Positions 1 to 10,942 are shown, counted from the stretch's first letter. The stretch: 64,000 nucleotides of DNA from Halodesulfurarchaeum sp. (GCA_034520565.1 JAXHNL010000002.1:1652175-1716174), one strand, 5' to 3'. Numbers and translations are program-made. The notes: a model not told the origin generated them from the letters alone.

Positions 1-407
1 CCCATGTTCACGACGAACTTCGGCTCGGGCATCTGATCGTAGACCCGCTTCATCCGCGGGGCGAACTTCGAGACGATCGTCCCCGGGACGATCATCACGT
101 CGGCCTGCCGTGGTGAGGCCCGTGGAACGCCCGAGTGGAAGCGGTCGAGGTCGTGTTTGACCGAGTAACTGTGCATCATCTCGATGCTGCAGCAGGCGAT
201 TCCGAACTGCAGCATGAACATCGAGGACCCCCGAGCCCAGTTCATGAACTTATCGAGCTTCGTGAGGATGAACGGGGTCGATCCGAGTGCCTCCCGAAGC
301 CTGGAGTTGAACCGGTCGTCGACGCCCTCGCCGATCCGGGAATCCTGCGTATCCGTCGACGCGGGCGTCGGTTCGAGGATGTCCTCGCGGGGTTTGTCAC
401 TACTCAT
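1..407 (-). CDS. nuoB: NADH-quinone oxidoreductase-like subunit B (3' part runs off the window)
   Basis: Hand translation from ATG 407: MSSDKPRED...[11 protein letters not shown]...[15 protein letters not shown]...[14 protein letters not shown], typical NuoB motifs; overlaps nuoA stop. Confidence 0.95.
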   Translation of the reverse strand, partial: MSSDKPREDILEPTPASTDTQDSRIGEGVDDRFNSRLREALGSTPFILTKLDKFMNWARGSSMFMLQFGIACCSIEMMHSYSVKHDLDRFHSGVPRASPRQADVMIVPGTIVSKFAPRMKRVYDQMPEPKFVVNM

Positions 408-807
408 GTCTCGACATCCTCCGTTCGTATTTCGGGTTTCGCACCCAGCCGAGTGCGCCGTTGCGCCAGGCCCAGGCCAGGGCAACTATCAGGATGCCGA
501 TGAACAGGACCATCGGCCCGAGTGCCCACAGCAGACCCTCCGTGACGACGATATCCCGGTAGATGGAAGCCCACGGGAATATCAACACGGTCTCGATGTC
601 GAAGACGAGGAACAACAGCGCGACCATGTAGTACTGGATGTTGAACCGAACGTGAGTGTTGCCGGTCGGTACTTCCCCACTTTCGTAGGTCGTCCGTTTG
701 CTTTGTTCCGGCACGCTGGGGCGGAGCAGCATCGATATGCCCATCATTGCCGCGATGATGAGTATCGCGACAACCGCCAACATGCCGACAGCGATCCATG
801 GGTTCAT
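400..807 (-). CDS. nuoA: NADH-quinone oxidoreductase-like subunit A
   Basis: MNPWIAVG start; TYESGEVP and YYMVALLFLVFDIETV motifs; 3 TM segments. Confidence 0.95.
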   Translation of the reverse strand: MNPWIAVGMLAVVAILIIAAMMGISMLLRPSVPEQSKRTTYESGEVPTGNTHVRFNIQYYMVALLFLVFDIETVLIFPWASIYRDIVVTEGLLWALGPMVLFIGILIVALAWAWRNGALGWVRNPKYERRMSRHE

Positions 808-1232
808 AAGTTGATTCGTAACACTCGGGGCTTCGATTTGCCCCACCATAAACGTTGATTCTTGCGATAGTTCCCTTGAGACCCGTATTTGTAGGTGAAT
901 CAGTGATTGTCATGCGCCGATGATTCACACACAAGCGAGCCGTGGTACCGATACACTTGGACAGTCAAAATTCGGTCGACGGTGCATCCAACGAACCAGT
1001 CCAAACGGAACGAATTCATTCATGGCAGCGAGAACAACCACCTAACGGGCCGGTTACGGCGTTCATCCCGTCGATTACTCGATTTTTCGATATGGCGGGA
1101 TGTGCCGGATGTGGTATGTAAGTTGGTACCAGGATGTACGACTCGAAAATCGTCCGCGCCCAACCATCACACGTTCTCGCGTGTCCCGAGAAAAACCACC
1201 AAGGCCTTTGTACTCGAATGGATAGATACCCT

Positions 1233-3038
1233 ATGGATATGAAGTCGTTCGGTCTCGATGGGGTGGCAGATTTCTTCAGTTCTGATCCGGACGTGACCTT
1301 CTTCCATCCGCCAAGTATCTACGATTTCAGGGACAGAACGGAGGTAATCGGGCCGATCAGTGACGTCATTCCCTCTTCGCCGGTCTTCGAGATGTACCCG
1401 ATCGGCCTGACGTCCATCGCGGATACACTCGAACGAAACGGATACAACGCCCAGATCGTGAACCTCGCCCACCAGATGCTGGTGGACCCGGAGTTCGACG
1501 CCGAGGCCGAAATCGAGGGATCGGCTGCCTGGGCGTTCGGGGTCGACCTGCACTGGTTACCCCACGCCCACGGCGCGATCGAGATCGCCCGGCTTATCAA
1601 GAAGCATCATCCCGAGGCACCGGTCATCTTCGGCGGTCTCAGTTCGACGTACTTCCACGAGGAACTGATCGAATACGACGCCGTGGATTACGTCGTCCGC
1701 GGCGATTCGACCGAAAAACCCGTCGCAGAACTGATCGAGGCCCTCGAAACGGACGGCGACGTCTCCGCCGTTCCCAACCTGACGTATCAAGACGCTGGCG
1801 AAACGGTCGTCAACGCACTTACCTATCTCCCGGACGCGTTGGACGAATCGTCCATCCCCGCCTACACCTACGCCGTCAAGTCGGTGTTCAAGTACGGAAG
1901 CATCCAGAAGGTTATTCCACACCGTGGGTGGCTGGACAAGCCGATCACGATGCTCTTGACCTCGCGGGGTTGCCGACACGCGTGTTCGTTCTGCGGCGGG
2001 AGCGATTCCTATGCCGACGTGCACGGTCGCACAGCGCCCGCCTTCCGCTCCCCGGAAAAGTTGATCGAGGACATCAGATCGATTCGGTCCTTCTCTGAGG
2101 GACCGATTTTCGTCGTCCACGACCTCCGCCAGGGCGGATGGGATTACGCGCGGGAATTCTTCGACCGATTGGCGGCGGAGAACGTGCCAAACGAATTCAT
2201 CTTCGAGCTCTTCGGCCCGGCAAACGAGGAGTACTTCGAAATGATCGACGAGGCCGTCTCGAAGTACAACCTCGAGCTGAGTCCGGAATCCCACAACCCC
2301 GAGGTTCGAAAGGAAATGGGCAAATTCGCGGTCTCGAACGAGGCCATCGAGAACACGATCCGGGCCGCGCTGGCCAACGGGTGTCAGAACATCGACCTCT
2401 TCTACATGGTCGGGCTTCCCGGCCAGACCTACGAGGACGCCGTCGGCTGTGTGGACTACGCCAGACATCTCCTCGAAGACATCGACGACGAGCGGATCAT
2501 CCCGTTCGTCGCCCCGTACGCGCCCTTCCTCGATCCGGGAAGTCCAGCCTTCGAAAACCCGGAGGCATACGGGTTCACGCTCTTCGCCGAGAACCTCGAA
2601 GACCACCGGCAGCTCCTCCTCGAGCCGAGCTGGAAGCGAATGTTGAGTTACGAGACCGAACACCTCTCCCGGGACGACATCGCCGAAGCGACGTACGAGG
2701 CGGCGCGGGGCATGAGCGAGTTGAAATACGATCACGGACTGCTCGAAAAAGAGACCTATCACACGATGATCGAGCGGCTCGATACGTCCCAGGAACTCCT
2801 CGATCGGGTCGACGAGGTCTACGAATCCACGACCGAGACCGAACGGGAGTCTGCACTCGAATCGCTTTTCGAGGAGTACAGCGCCTTCGACGATTTCGGG
2901 GAGAACAGCATCGCCGGTGCGGACGAACTCTGGTGGCCGAGCGAGGGATTCCGTGGCGGTCTCGCGTTGGCCCGACTCGGTGCAAAACTCCTGTTCGAAG
3001 ACGTCAAACAGCGCTATACGACGCGACGCTCGGTCTGA
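1233..3038 (+). CDS. B12-binding domain / radical SAM protein (resembles TIGR04190 Ta0216 family)
   Basis: HPPSIYDFR...FEMYPIG N-terminus, cobalamin-binding-like DLHWLPHAHG...IFGGLSSTYF, CxxxCxxC (CRHACSFC); start placed at MDMKS. Confidence 0.85.
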   Translation: MDMKSFGLDGVADFFSSDPDVTFFHPPSIYDFRDRTEVIGPISDVIPSSPVFEMYPIGLTSIADTLERNGYNAQIVNLAHQMLVDPEFDAEAEIEGSAAWAFGVDLHWLPHAHGAIEIARLIKKHHPEAPVIFGGLSSTYFHEELIEYDAVDYVVRGDSTEKPVAELIEALETDGDVSAVPNLTYQDAGETVVNALTYLPDALDESSIPAYTYAVKSVFKYGSIQKVIPHRGWLDKPITMLLTSRGCRHACSFCGGSDSYADVHGRTAPAFRSPEKLIEDIRSIRSFSEGPIFVVHDLRQGGWDYAREFFDRLAAENVPNEFIFELFGPANEEYFEMIDEAVSKYNLELSPESHNPEVRKEMGKFAVSNEAIENTIRAALANGCQNIDLFYMVGLPGQTYEDAVGCVDYARHLLEDIDDERIIPFVAPYAPFLDPGSPAFENPEAYGFTLFAENLEDHRQLLLEPSWKRMLSYETEHLSRDDIAEATYEAARGMSELKYDHGLLEKETYHTMIERLDTSQELLDRVDEVYESTTETERESALESLFEEYSAFDDFGENSIAGADELWWPSEGFRGGLALARLGAKLLFEDVKQRYTTRRSV

Positions 3039-3053
3039 GAATCGATCCGGTCC

Positions 3054-3067
3054 GCCCCTTTCGGGGC
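3054..3067. terminator. Short GC hairpin between convergent radical SAM gene and purE
   Basis: GCCCC-TTTC-GGGGC inverted repeat in the 43-bp gap. Confidence 0.3.
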
Positions 3068-3081
3068 CACCCGCTGCCAGT

Positions 3082-3693
3082 TCAGTTCGAATCCCGAAAC
3101 GCTCGTGTTCCCTGCCTGTGCAGCGAGAGCGAGACCGATGCGACGTCCGCCGATCGCGTTTCGTGAAGTTCGACCAACCTGTCCCGAAGCGTGTCGTCAG
3201 TCCTCGCGAGAATCTGGACCGCGGAGAGCGCGGCATTGTACGATTTGCCCGCGTCGACGGCCGTGATTGGGGCTCCCGTTGGCATCCCGAGGACCGAATC
3301 GACCGACTTCTCCTGGACTGGAATCCCGATCACCGGGACGGGGTACGCGATCGACGCCGTCATGTTCGGCAGATCGGCGGATTTCCCGCCCGCACCGGCC
3401 AGGATCACGTCCAGTCCACGGGCCGCCGCCGTTTCCCCGTAGGCATACATGAGATCCGGCGTGCGGTGGGCCGAGACGACCCAGGACTCGTAGGTGTACT
3501 CGGCCTCGGGCGGTTCGTCGTAGTCGGTGAGTTCCGCGAACCCGAGATCGTCGAGTGCCTCCGAGGCCCCAGCCATGACGTCAAGGTCGGAGTCGCTGCC
3601 CATGATAATCCCGACGTCCGGCCCTGTCCCGTCTGGCCGGTCACGTGCTGCCTCCTGTTCGAATAGGTCGCGGAGTTCGGCGACGTCCGTCAT
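3082..3693 (-). CDS. purE: N5-CAIR mutase
   Basis: IIMGSDSD, VVSAHRTP, AGAGGKSADLP, PVIGIP motifs. Confidence 0.95.
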   Translation of the reverse strand: MTDVAELRDLFEQEAARDRPDGTGPDVGIIMGSDSDLDVMAGASEALDDLGFAELTDYDEPPEAEYTYESWVVSAHRTPDLMYAYGETAAARGLDVILAGAGGKSADLPNMTASIAYPVPVIGIPVQEKSVDSVLGMPTGAPITAVDAGKSYNAALSAVQILARTDDTLRDRLVELHETRSADVASVSLSLHRQGTRAFRDSN

Positions 3694-3696
3694 GGA

Positions 3697-4851
3697 TCAG
3701 TCATCCCCGCCCGCGAACGTGAGTGTTTCCCTCGCCGCTTCGGCCCGACGCCGGTTCGCTTCCAGATCGGGTCCCGTCACGGTGAGATGGCCGAGTTTGC
3801 GCAGTGGACGAACCTCCCGTTTGCCGTACCAGTGAAGATGGACGCCGTCCATGTCCAACACCGATTCGACGCCGGTAAGGGAGACCGGTCGCGATTCAGT
3901 TCCGTCTCCGAGCACGTTGGCCATGGCCGTCGGCTCCCGGAGTGCTGTCGAACCCAGTGAGAGGCCCAGCACAGCCCGAACGTGTTGCTCGAACTGCGAC
4001 GTGACGGTCCCCTCGATCGTGTAATGCCCCGAGTTGTGGGGTCGCGGCGCGATTTCGTTGACCAGGATCGTTCCGGCGGCTGTCTCGAAGAGTTCGATGC
4101 CGAAAACCCCCCGTCCGTCGAGGGTCGAAAGCACCGACCGGGCGACCTCGGTTGCACGATCCAATCGATCCTGACCGGTGCGAGCCGGAACGAGCGTCTC
4201 CCGAAGGATCTCCGCCTCGTGGACGTTCTCACCGACTGGATACGTGCGTCGTTCATCGGCTCCCTGGACGCCGATGACGCTCAATTCGCGCTCGAAGTCG
4301 ACGAGTTCCTCCGCGATTAGCCCGGAGAGCGAGCCGAAATACGCCGTCGCGTCGTCGACGGTTTCGACCACCGCGTTGCCCCGGCCATCGTAGCCACCTC
4401 GACGGGCCTTGAGCATCAGCGGCGATCCCAATGCTTCGAAGGCCTCCCGCAGGTCCGCCTTGCTATCGACGCCATCGTACGCCGGGACCGGGATTCCTGC
4501 CGAGTCGAGAGTTTCCTTTTCCACCAACTTGTCCCGCGTCATTCGAAGATCGTCCGGGGCCGGCTGAACGGGAGTCCCCGTCGCTTCGATGACCGATTCC
4601 AGCGTGTCAGGGTCGGCGAGTTCGATTTCGAGTGTGAGGACATCGACCTGCTCGGCGAGGGATTTGACCGCCGCAACGTCGTCGAAGTCGGCGACGACCT
4701 GATCACGTGCCGGTGGAAACGCCGGACAGTCCTGGGTCGGGTCGAGAACGACCGTCTCGACTCCAAACGGACTGGCGGCCTCGCCGAGCATGCGGCCGAG
4801 TTGTCCACCACCGACGACTCCGAGGGTGACCCCCGGTGGAACGTGTTTCAT
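3697..4851 (-). CDS. purK: N5-CAIR synthase (ATP-grasp)
   Basis: GGGQLGRM, GYDGRGN, NEIAPRPHNSGH, RKLGH motifs; adjacent to purE. Confidence 0.95.
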   Translation of the reverse strand: MKHVPPGVTLGVVGGGQLGRMLGEAASPFGVETVVLDPTQDCPAFPPARDQVVADFDDVAAVKSLAEQVDVLTLEIELADPDTLESVIEATGTPVQPAPDDLRMTRDKLVEKETLDSAGIPVPAYDGVDSKADLREAFEALGSPLMLKARRGGYDGRGNAVVETVDDATAYFGSLSGLIAEELVDFERELSVIGVQGADERRTYPVGENVHEAEILRETLVPARTGQDRLDRATEVARSVLSTLDGRGVFGIELFETAAGTILVNEIAPRPHNSGHYTIEGTVTSQFEQHVRAVLGLSLGSTALREPTAMANVLGDGTESRPVSLTGVESVLDMDGVHLHWYGKREVRPLRKLGHLTVTGPDLEANRRRAEAARETLTFAGGDD

Positions 4852-4908
4852 TTGCGGATCGCTTATGGACGGACATGAATAAACGTTCCCGAGCAGCGGC
4901 CGACTTGT

Positions 4909-6558
4909 TCACGTTCGTGGGGTAGTCGAGTTTTCGATGAAGAAGATCGTCTCGGTCCCGGACGCGGTTATCTCGTAGGTCCGGGCGTCGTATCCCTCGA
5001 GACGATCCGCGAGTTCGCTGTAGTGCTCGACGCGGGCGATCACGACCGGCGGATCGCCAGCGATACCCCCTGGCGTCGTGGCACTCGCGGTACTCGCGTG
5101 AGCCCGTTCGAGATACCAGGCCAGGGGGAGTCGATTGAGCCAGTTCGAACTCGCCGGCGGCTGGTCGGCGACGGACTCCTCCGGGACCGCGAAGTGATCG
5201 CCGTAGAAGACCACGTCGGTCCCCTCGTTCTCCCGGGCGATCGATTCGATTTCGGCGAGTGTCTCCTGCAGATGCCCCGCCGGCTGTCCGTACTGGACGA
5301 GCGGGTTGTCGTCGGACTGTGGCGACTGGAACGAGGTCGCCGCGGCAGTGATCCCGACGTGCCCGATTACTGCGATGATTACGAGCGCGGCAATCGCAAT
5401 CCCAATGCGGTCCTCGTGCTTCCATGCGAAATGGGCCCGGTCGAGGACGATTCCAAGGCCGACGGCAGCGGGGATCGAAAGCGGGACAAGCGCATGAACC
5501 AGCGACCATGGAGCCGATATGTCCGTAATAGCGGGATAGAGGAGAAACACCGTCGCTCCCCAGTAGAAGCTAAACGAGACGAGGTCTCTGGGCGAATCAC
5601 CGGTGTAGCGGTCGGCGAGGAACCCGACACCGGCAAATCCGACGAGGGGGAGGCTGACGAACGCCGTGGTTTCCAGCATGTCGGTCAAATACGCGACGTA
5701 GCTGTGCTCGTGACCGCCCTGGATCCAGATGTCGATCAGTTTGTGCGCACTGCCGATCGTGGCCGCCTGGAGGACGTCGGGAACGAGGGACGGATCGGTT
5801 ATCGCCCGGTAGACGTCCGGTCTGGGTGCGTAAAGCACGACCACGATCGCGAGAAATTCGACCGTTCCCACCGATAACGGGCCTCGAAATGCCCGGAGCG
5901 CAGCGTACCCCCTCACGGCGATCGAACGAGCCCTCCCCACCCAAGACTCGCCGACCTGGCGGGCAACAAAGAGCCGGTAATCGAGTAGCAGGGCGAGTGC
6001 ACCGATCCAGACGCCCACGTAGACGAGCGCGATTTCCTTTGTTCCGAACGCAAGGCCCAGGGCGAGAACGGCACCGTAAAGATAGCGTTGCCGTCGGGTC
6101 TCGATCAATCGAACGGCAAAGCCAAGCACCAGAAGCGAGAACCCCGCAACGAGTACGTCGTTTCGCATGAACCGGGAGTAATAGAGCAAGACCGGATCGA
6201 CGGCCAGCAGGATCCCCACGAGAACGACTTCGAGGTCGTCCAGTCGCGAGCGGAAGAGCCAGGCCGTGAGGGGCAACAATCCACCCACGAGTGCGACGAA
6301 CCAACTGGCAACCGCGTCACCGGCTCCGAAGATCCCGAACAGGAATTCGTTGACGTGGAAGAGCAAGGGCCCGTGCACGATTGCCCGGTACTCCCAGACG
6401 CCGGTTTCGAGATACCTGAGCGTCCAGTAGCCCACGCGGGCCTCGTCCCAGTGAAACACCCGCCAGCCGAGTGTGACGAATCGAAGAACCAACGCAAAAA
6501 GGGCGACCGCGCCGAGCGCCACGAGCACGTGGCGGCGATCGAATCGACGGCGGGACAT
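4909..6558 (-). CDS. TIGR03663/Agl23-like GT-C-type membrane protein
   Basis: FHWDEARVGYW, YRAIVHGP, YYSRFMRND, TKE motifs; multi-TM. Confidence 0.8.
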   Translation of the reverse strand: MSRRRFDRRHVLVALGAVALFALVLRFVTLGWRVFHWDEARVGYWTLRYLETGVWEYRAIVHGPLLFHVNEFLFGIFGAGDAVASWFVALVGGLLPLTAWLFRSRLDDLEVVLVGILLAVDPVLLYYSRFMRNDVLVAGFSLLVLGFAVRLIETRRQRYLYGAVLALGLAFGTKEIALVYVGVWIGALALLLDYRLFVARQVGESWVGRARSIAVRGYAALRAFRGPLSVGTVEFLAIVVVLYAPRPDVYRAITDPSLVPDVLQAATIGSAHKLIDIWIQGGHEHSYVAYLTDMLETTAFVSLPLVGFAGVGFLADRYTGDSPRDLVSFSFYWGATVFLLYPAITDISAPWSLVHALVPLSIPAAVGLGIVLDRAHFAWKHEDRIGIAIAALVIIAVIGHVGITAAATSFQSPQSDDNPLVQYGQPAGHLQETLAEIESIARENEGTDVVFYGDHFAVPEESVADQPPASSNWLNRLPLAWYLERAHASTASATTPGGIAGDPPVVIARVEHYSELADRLEGYDARTYEITASGTETIFFIENSTTPRT

Positions 6559-6680
6559 GGGCGGGCTTTCACCGCAGCAGATAAAAAATAAGCGGGTCGA
6601 TCCTCACCGAGACTGGAACACCCTCCAGGGCCACGAAACCGCCGGTACACCTACAGGGATTCACCGTGTAGGCCTCGCCA

Positions 6681-6830
6681 ATGGGAACCACCATCGAGAT
6701 CGACACCGAACTGTACGAACGGCTCAGCAGACACCTCGAGGAGGGCGAGACCGTCGAAGAGTTCATCGAGGAACTCCTCGCGATGTACGAGACGGAAGGG
6801 TCGTTCATGCAGGAGGGCTACTCCGAATAA
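6681..6830 (+). CDS. Small acidic protein (49 aa), possible ribbon-helix-helix type
   Basis: Hand translation MGTTIEIDTELYERLSRHLEEGETVEEFIEELLAMYETEGSFMQEGYSE; not in ORF track. Confidence 0.7.
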   Translation: MGTTIEIDTELYERLSRHLEEGETVEEFIEELLAMYETEGSFMQEGYSE

Positions 6831-6905
6831 CGCGATTGCACGCCGGATACCGGCACGCTGCCTAAAGGCGGTACCGTTTTGACCGCGGCGGACTGAGCCG
6901 TTTCC

Positions 6906-7307
6906 ATGGTGGTTCTTGGGCTCGTAGTCGCCGAATTCAATCGACATATCACCGAACAGATGGAGCGAGCGGCAACGGAGAAAGCCGAGGAGCTTGGTGT
7001 CGAAATCCGGGATGTCATCCACATCCCGGGTGCCTATGACGCCCCGCTCGCCGCGGACAGACTCGCCCGCAGAAAGGACATCGACGCCGTCGCAGTCCTC
7101 GGAACGATCATCACTGGCGACACGGACCACGATCAGGTTATCGCCAACGCGTGTGCGCAGGGTCTCACTGACGTGAGCCTCTCGCGAGACACACCGGTCG
7201 CATTTGGAGTCACTGGACCTGGGATGACCGCGGAGGAAGCCCGGGACCGAGTGGACAAGGGAGCCGAAACTGTCGAAAGTGCCGTCGCGCTTACGAGCGA
7301 ACAATGA
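6906..7307 (+). CDS. ribH: 6,7-dimethyl-8-ribityllumazine synthase
   Basis: VAEFN, IPGAYDAP, GDTDHD, PVAFGV motifs. Confidence 0.95.
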   Translation: MVVLGLVVAEFNRHITEQMERAATEKAEELGVEIRDVIHIPGAYDAPLAADRLARRKDIDAVAVLGTIITGDTDHDQVIANACAQGLTDVSLSRDTPVAFGVTGPGMTAEEARDRVDKGAETVESAVALTSEQ

Positions 7308-8449
7308 ACTACACAGACCGAGTCACCCGCGTCGAACCGAGTGCCACCCTCGCGGTGAGCAACCTCGCCTCCCAGCTCGAGGCCGAAGGCGTCGACGTCG
7401 TCGACCTCTCCGTCGGCGAACCCGACTTCGACACCCCCGAACACGTCAAAACCGCCGGTCAGGAGGCTATTGCCCGGGGCGAAACGAAGTATGCACCGTC
7501 GAATGGAATCCCGGCACTCCGTGAAGCGATCGCCGCCAGGCTTCAATCGAACGGCCTCTCCTACCAAGCGGAGAACGTGATGGTGACACCGGGAGCGAAA
7601 CAGGCGCTGTTCGAGATCGTCCATACCCTGGTTGAAGACGGCGACGAGGTCACCCTCCTCGATCCAGCCTGGGTCTCCTATTCGGCAATGGCCAAACTCG
7701 CCGGCGCGACGCTCAACCGAGTGGATCTCAGCGCGACCGACTTCCACCTCGAACCGGCACTCGGGGACCTCGAAGCGGCGGTTTCAGACGACACCGAACT
7801 CCTCATCGTCAATTCACCAAACAACCCGAGCGGCGCCGTGTACAGCCGGGCCGCGATGAACGGGGTCCGGGATCTCGCGGTCGAACACGACATCACCGTC
7901 ATCGCCGACGAAATTTATCGGGAAATCCAGTACGAGGGCGAGCGGCTGAGCCTGGCCACACTCGATGGGATGGAAGATCGAACGATCACGGTGAACGGCT
8001 TCTCGAAGGCCTACGCCATGACCGGCTGGCGGCTCGGCTACTTCGCCGCGCCGACCGAACTGCTCGACCAGGCCGGAAAGATCCAGTCTCATTCGGTCTC
8101 ATCTGCGGCCACGTTCGTCCAACATGCCGGTCTGGAGGCGCTTCAGGGGCCGTCCGAACCGACCGAGACGATGGTCTCCGCCTTCGAGGATCGTCGCGAC
8201 TTGCTCCTCGAGAAAATCGGCGAGTACGGGATCGAGGTTCCCACTCCAGAGGGTGCCTTCTACCTCATGCTTCCCGTCGACGAAAACGACGGGGAGTGGT
8301 GTACGACGGCACTCGAGGAGGCCCACGTGGCGACGGTCCCTGGGAGTGCGTTTGGAACTCCAGGGTATGCCCGACTCTCCTATGCAGCCGACGCCGACCG
8401 GATCGCCGAGGCGATCGACAGACTCGGCGAGGCGGGCTTTTTGAACTGA
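7304..8449 (+). CDS. PLP-dependent class I (aspartate) aminotransferase
   Basis: GEPDF, NSPNNPSG, DEIY, NGFSKAYAMTGWRLG. Confidence 0.92.
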   Translation: MNYTDRVTRVEPSATLAVSNLASQLEAEGVDVVDLSVGEPDFDTPEHVKTAGQEAIARGETKYAPSNGIPALREAIAARLQSNGLSYQAENVMVTPGAKQALFEIVHTLVEDGDEVTLLDPAWVSYSAMAKLAGATLNRVDLSATDFHLEPALGDLEAAVSDDTELLIVNSPNNPSGAVYSRAAMNGVRDLAVEHDITVIADEIYREIQYEGERLSLATLDGMEDRTITVNGFSKAYAMTGWRLGYFAAPTELLDQAGKIQSHSVSSAATFVQHAGLEALQGPSEPTETMVSAFEDRRDLLLEKIGEYGIEVPTPEGAFYLMLPVDENDGEWCTTALEEAHVATVPGSAFGTPGYARLSYAADADRIAEAIDRLGEAGFLN

Positions 8450-8471
8450 GTGTCGACACCCCGTCGACCCG

Positions 8472-9719
8472 CTACGGCCAGATACCCTTTTCCGCCGCCG
8501 CCCTCTGGATCCGTTCGATGGCGACGAGGAACGCCGCCGTTCGGAGATCCGGAACGGGCCGGTTCTCCACTGTGTCCAGTACCGTTCCGAACGCGTCTTC
8601 GAGTCTCGTTTCGAGTTCGTCGTTGACCCTCGTTTCGGACCAGTAGTGTCGCTGTCGATTTTGCACCCATTCGAGATAGGAGACGATCACGCCTCCCGAG
8701 TTTGCCACGATGTCGGGGACGATCGTACAGTTCTCCCGCAGTTGTCGATCGGCAGCATCGGTCAGCGGCCCGTTCGCCCCCTCCACGATCACGTCCGCCT
8801 GCACCGCCGGAGCCAGGTCGGCGTCGATTGCCCCTTCGAGGGCTGCCGGAATCAGGACGTCCACGTCGAGAGTGAGGAGGTCGTCGTTCGAAATTCGGGT
8901 CCCGTTCTCGAAGTCCGCAATGGCGTTGCCGTCACGTTTGTGCGCTGCGAGGCGGTCGGCGTCGAATCCCGAGTCGAGTCGAATTCCTCCCGACGAATCG
9001 CTGACTGCCACGACGGTGGCCCCTCGGGCCTGAAGTAACGTGGCGGCGTACTGCCCGACGTTTCCGAAGCCCTGGATGGCGACGGTTGCTCCCCCGAGGT
9101 CTCTGTCGAGGTGGTCGAACACCATCGAGGTCGATGTCGCGACCGACCGGCCGGTCGCCTCGACTCGACCGGCACTGCCACCACTCTCGATTGCCTTTCC
9201 CGTGACCACTCCCGGCTCGCTGGTACGTTCGAGGGTTTCGTAGGTGTCCTTGATCCAGTTCATTTCGCGCTGGCCCGTGTTCACGTCGGGTGCAGGAATG
9301 TCCCGGTCAGGGCCAATCAACGGACGGATTTCCGCAGTATAGGCCCGAGTGATCCGCTCGAGTTCCGGCGTCGAGTACGCTCCCGGATCGAGAACGATTC
9401 CACCCTTGGCCCCGCCGAGCGGAAGCCCCACGACCGCCGTCTTGAACGTCATCCATCCGGAAAGGGCAACGACTTCCTCCCGGCTGACTGCGGGATGATA
9501 CCGAATCCCGCCCTTGTAGGGGCCCCGTGTGTCGTCGAACTGCGAACGGAATGCGGAAAACGTTTCGATCCGCCCGTCGTCGAGCTCGACTTCGAGGGTG
9601 GCCTCGAGTACCCGATCCGGTTCCGAAAGTCCCGACAGTTCCCCCGGCGAGAGATCGAGAGGATCCGCGGCCCGTTCGATCTGGGCCCTGAGACTCTCGA
9701 GTGGGTTCGTTGTTACCAT
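8472..9719 (-). CDS. gdhA: Glu/Leu/Phe/Val (glutamate) dehydrogenase
   Basis: [40 protein letters not shown]. Confidence 0.92.
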   Translation of the reverse strand: MVTTNPLESLRAQIERAADPLDLSPGELSGLSEPDRVLEATLEVELDDGRIETFSAFRSQFDDTRGPYKGGIRYHPAVSREEVVALSGWMTFKTAVVGLPLGGAKGGIVLDPGAYSTPELERITRAYTAEIRPLIGPDRDIPAPDVNTGQREMNWIKDTYETLERTSEPGVVTGKAIESGGSAGRVEATGRSVATSTSMVFDHLDRDLGGATVAIQGFGNVGQYAATLLQARGATVVAVSDSSGGIRLDSGFDADRLAAHKRDGNAIADFENGTRISNDDLLTLDVDVLIPAALEGAIDADLAPAVQADVIVEGANGPLTDAADRQLRENCTIVPDIVANSGGVIVSYLEWVQNRQRHYWSETRVNDELETRLEDAFGTVLDTVENRPVPDLRTAAFLVAIERIQRAAAEKGIWP

Positions 9720-9806
9720 ACGCTCACAATCGGTGGCCCTCGAATAAGCGTGTCGCCAGTCCCGAAGAGCAGTACCGATTTATTCCCGGACCGTCGACAC
9801 TTGAGT

Positions 9807-10562
9807 GTGCAAATCGTCGGATACGAGGCAGGGACGCCGGACGAGGCGGCCGCGCTTCGTCTTGCCACGGACGGGACAGTTACGACCCATCGGTTACTGC
9901 CCGGTGAGCGACTGGATTTCGGGCTCGGCCAACGCCACTGTGCAGGCCGGATCGACGACACCAGCCACGAACCGTGTGAGAACTCGAAGGCTCCGTACTG
10001 TGACGTCCATACGATCCGGTGGCCCTGTGCACAATGCCGCGGCGACTGTGCCATGCCCATCGAGGCCTGTCACGAGGAACACGCGATCTACCTGGCGGCG
10101 TTCGAACCCGACCAGTTCAAAGTCGGGGTGACCAGGCAGTGGCGACTGCAAACCCGGCTCACCGAACAGGGGGCCCGCCGGGCGGCACACATCCGGACCG
10201 TCGATAACGGACGGAGGGCCCGTCAGATCGAGGCCGAAATCGCCAACGACGTCCCGGATCGGATCACGACCGACACAAAGATCTCGGGCCTCGGCCAGCC
10301 ACTCGACCTCGATGCCTGGGAGCAGTTTCTCGGCCCGTATGGAGTCATCGAGATGTTCGATTTTGACTACGGACTCGAACTCGAAGTCCAACCGATCCCG
10401 ACGACGATGGCGACCGGCCGGATCCACGGCAGCAGCGGCCGGATTCTCGTCCTCGAGGAGGGCGAGACGACCTACGCTATCGATCTCCGGGCGCTGATCG
10501 GCTACGAGATCAGCGACGGTGGATCCGATCCGGACAGACAAACGAGCCTCGGCGCCTTCTGA
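9807..10562 (+). CDS. DUF2797-like protein
   Basis: GTG start VQIVGY; Cys cluster and HAIYLA..FKVGVT...RLTEQGA; ends RQTSLGAF. Confidence 0.75.
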   Translation: MQIVGYEAGTPDEAAALRLATDGTVTTHRLLPGERLDFGLGQRHCAGRIDDTSHEPCENSKAPYCDVHTIRWPCAQCRGDCAMPIEACHEEHAIYLAAFEPDQFKVGVTRQWRLQTRLTEQGARRAAHIRTVDNGRRARQIEAEIANDVPDRITTDTKISGLGQPLDLDAWEQFLGPYGVIEMFDFDYGLELEVQPIPTTMATGRIHGSSGRILVLEEGETTYAIDLRALIGYEISDGGSDPDRQTSLGAF

Positions 10563-10606
10563 CCTGGAGCGGATAGTTTTTCAGTCGCCCCACCAAACCA
10601 GTGAGC

Positions 10607-10942
10607 ATGGCAGACGACGAGTCCGAGGACGGAAGTGAGGAGGAGAAATCGTTTCGAGAACGCGTCGAAGAGATCCGCGAAGAGCGGGCCGAAGAAGGGG
10701 AACCGGAAGGGGACCGCCGCGAACGAATGGAAGAAATGATGGGCGGGGGCGGTGGCGGCATGGGCGGCAATCCGTTCGCCCAGATGATGGGCGGGATGAT
10801 GGGTGGCGGCCCGATGGGTGGCGGCCGCAGCGAAGGTGGAGACAACGTCCGGCTGGCCCGAGAACTCGAAGCCCTTCGCGACGAGGTTTCGGCGGCGACG
10901 GACCAGCTCGAGCGGATCGCTGACGCCCTCGAAGACGAATAA
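10607..10942 (+). CDS. Hypothetical acidic protein with Gly/Met-rich linker and C-terminal coiled coil
   Basis: SFRERVEEIR...MMGGGGGGMGGNPFAQMMGGMMGG...LERIADALED. Confidence 0.75.
   Translation: MADDESEDGSEEEKSFRERVEEIREERAEEGEPEGDRRERMEEMMGGGGGGMGGNPFAQMMGGMMGGGPMGGGRSEGGDNVRLARELEALRDEVSAATDQLERIADALEDE

Noticed and set aside
850-1232. Cobalamin riboswitch upstream of the B12 radical SAM gene
   Set aside because: No B12-box consensus recognisable; region looks like divergent promoters
1557-3236. Long antisense ORFs (also 11568-13286, 33552-34838, 50590-51780 and others)
   Set aside because: Shadow frames of real GC-rich genes; Arg-rich, non-acidic, no motifs
10607-10942. Gly/Met-rich repeat as a novel element
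   Set aside because: Low-complexity linker of a small protein type I recall as common in haloarchaea; no further signal
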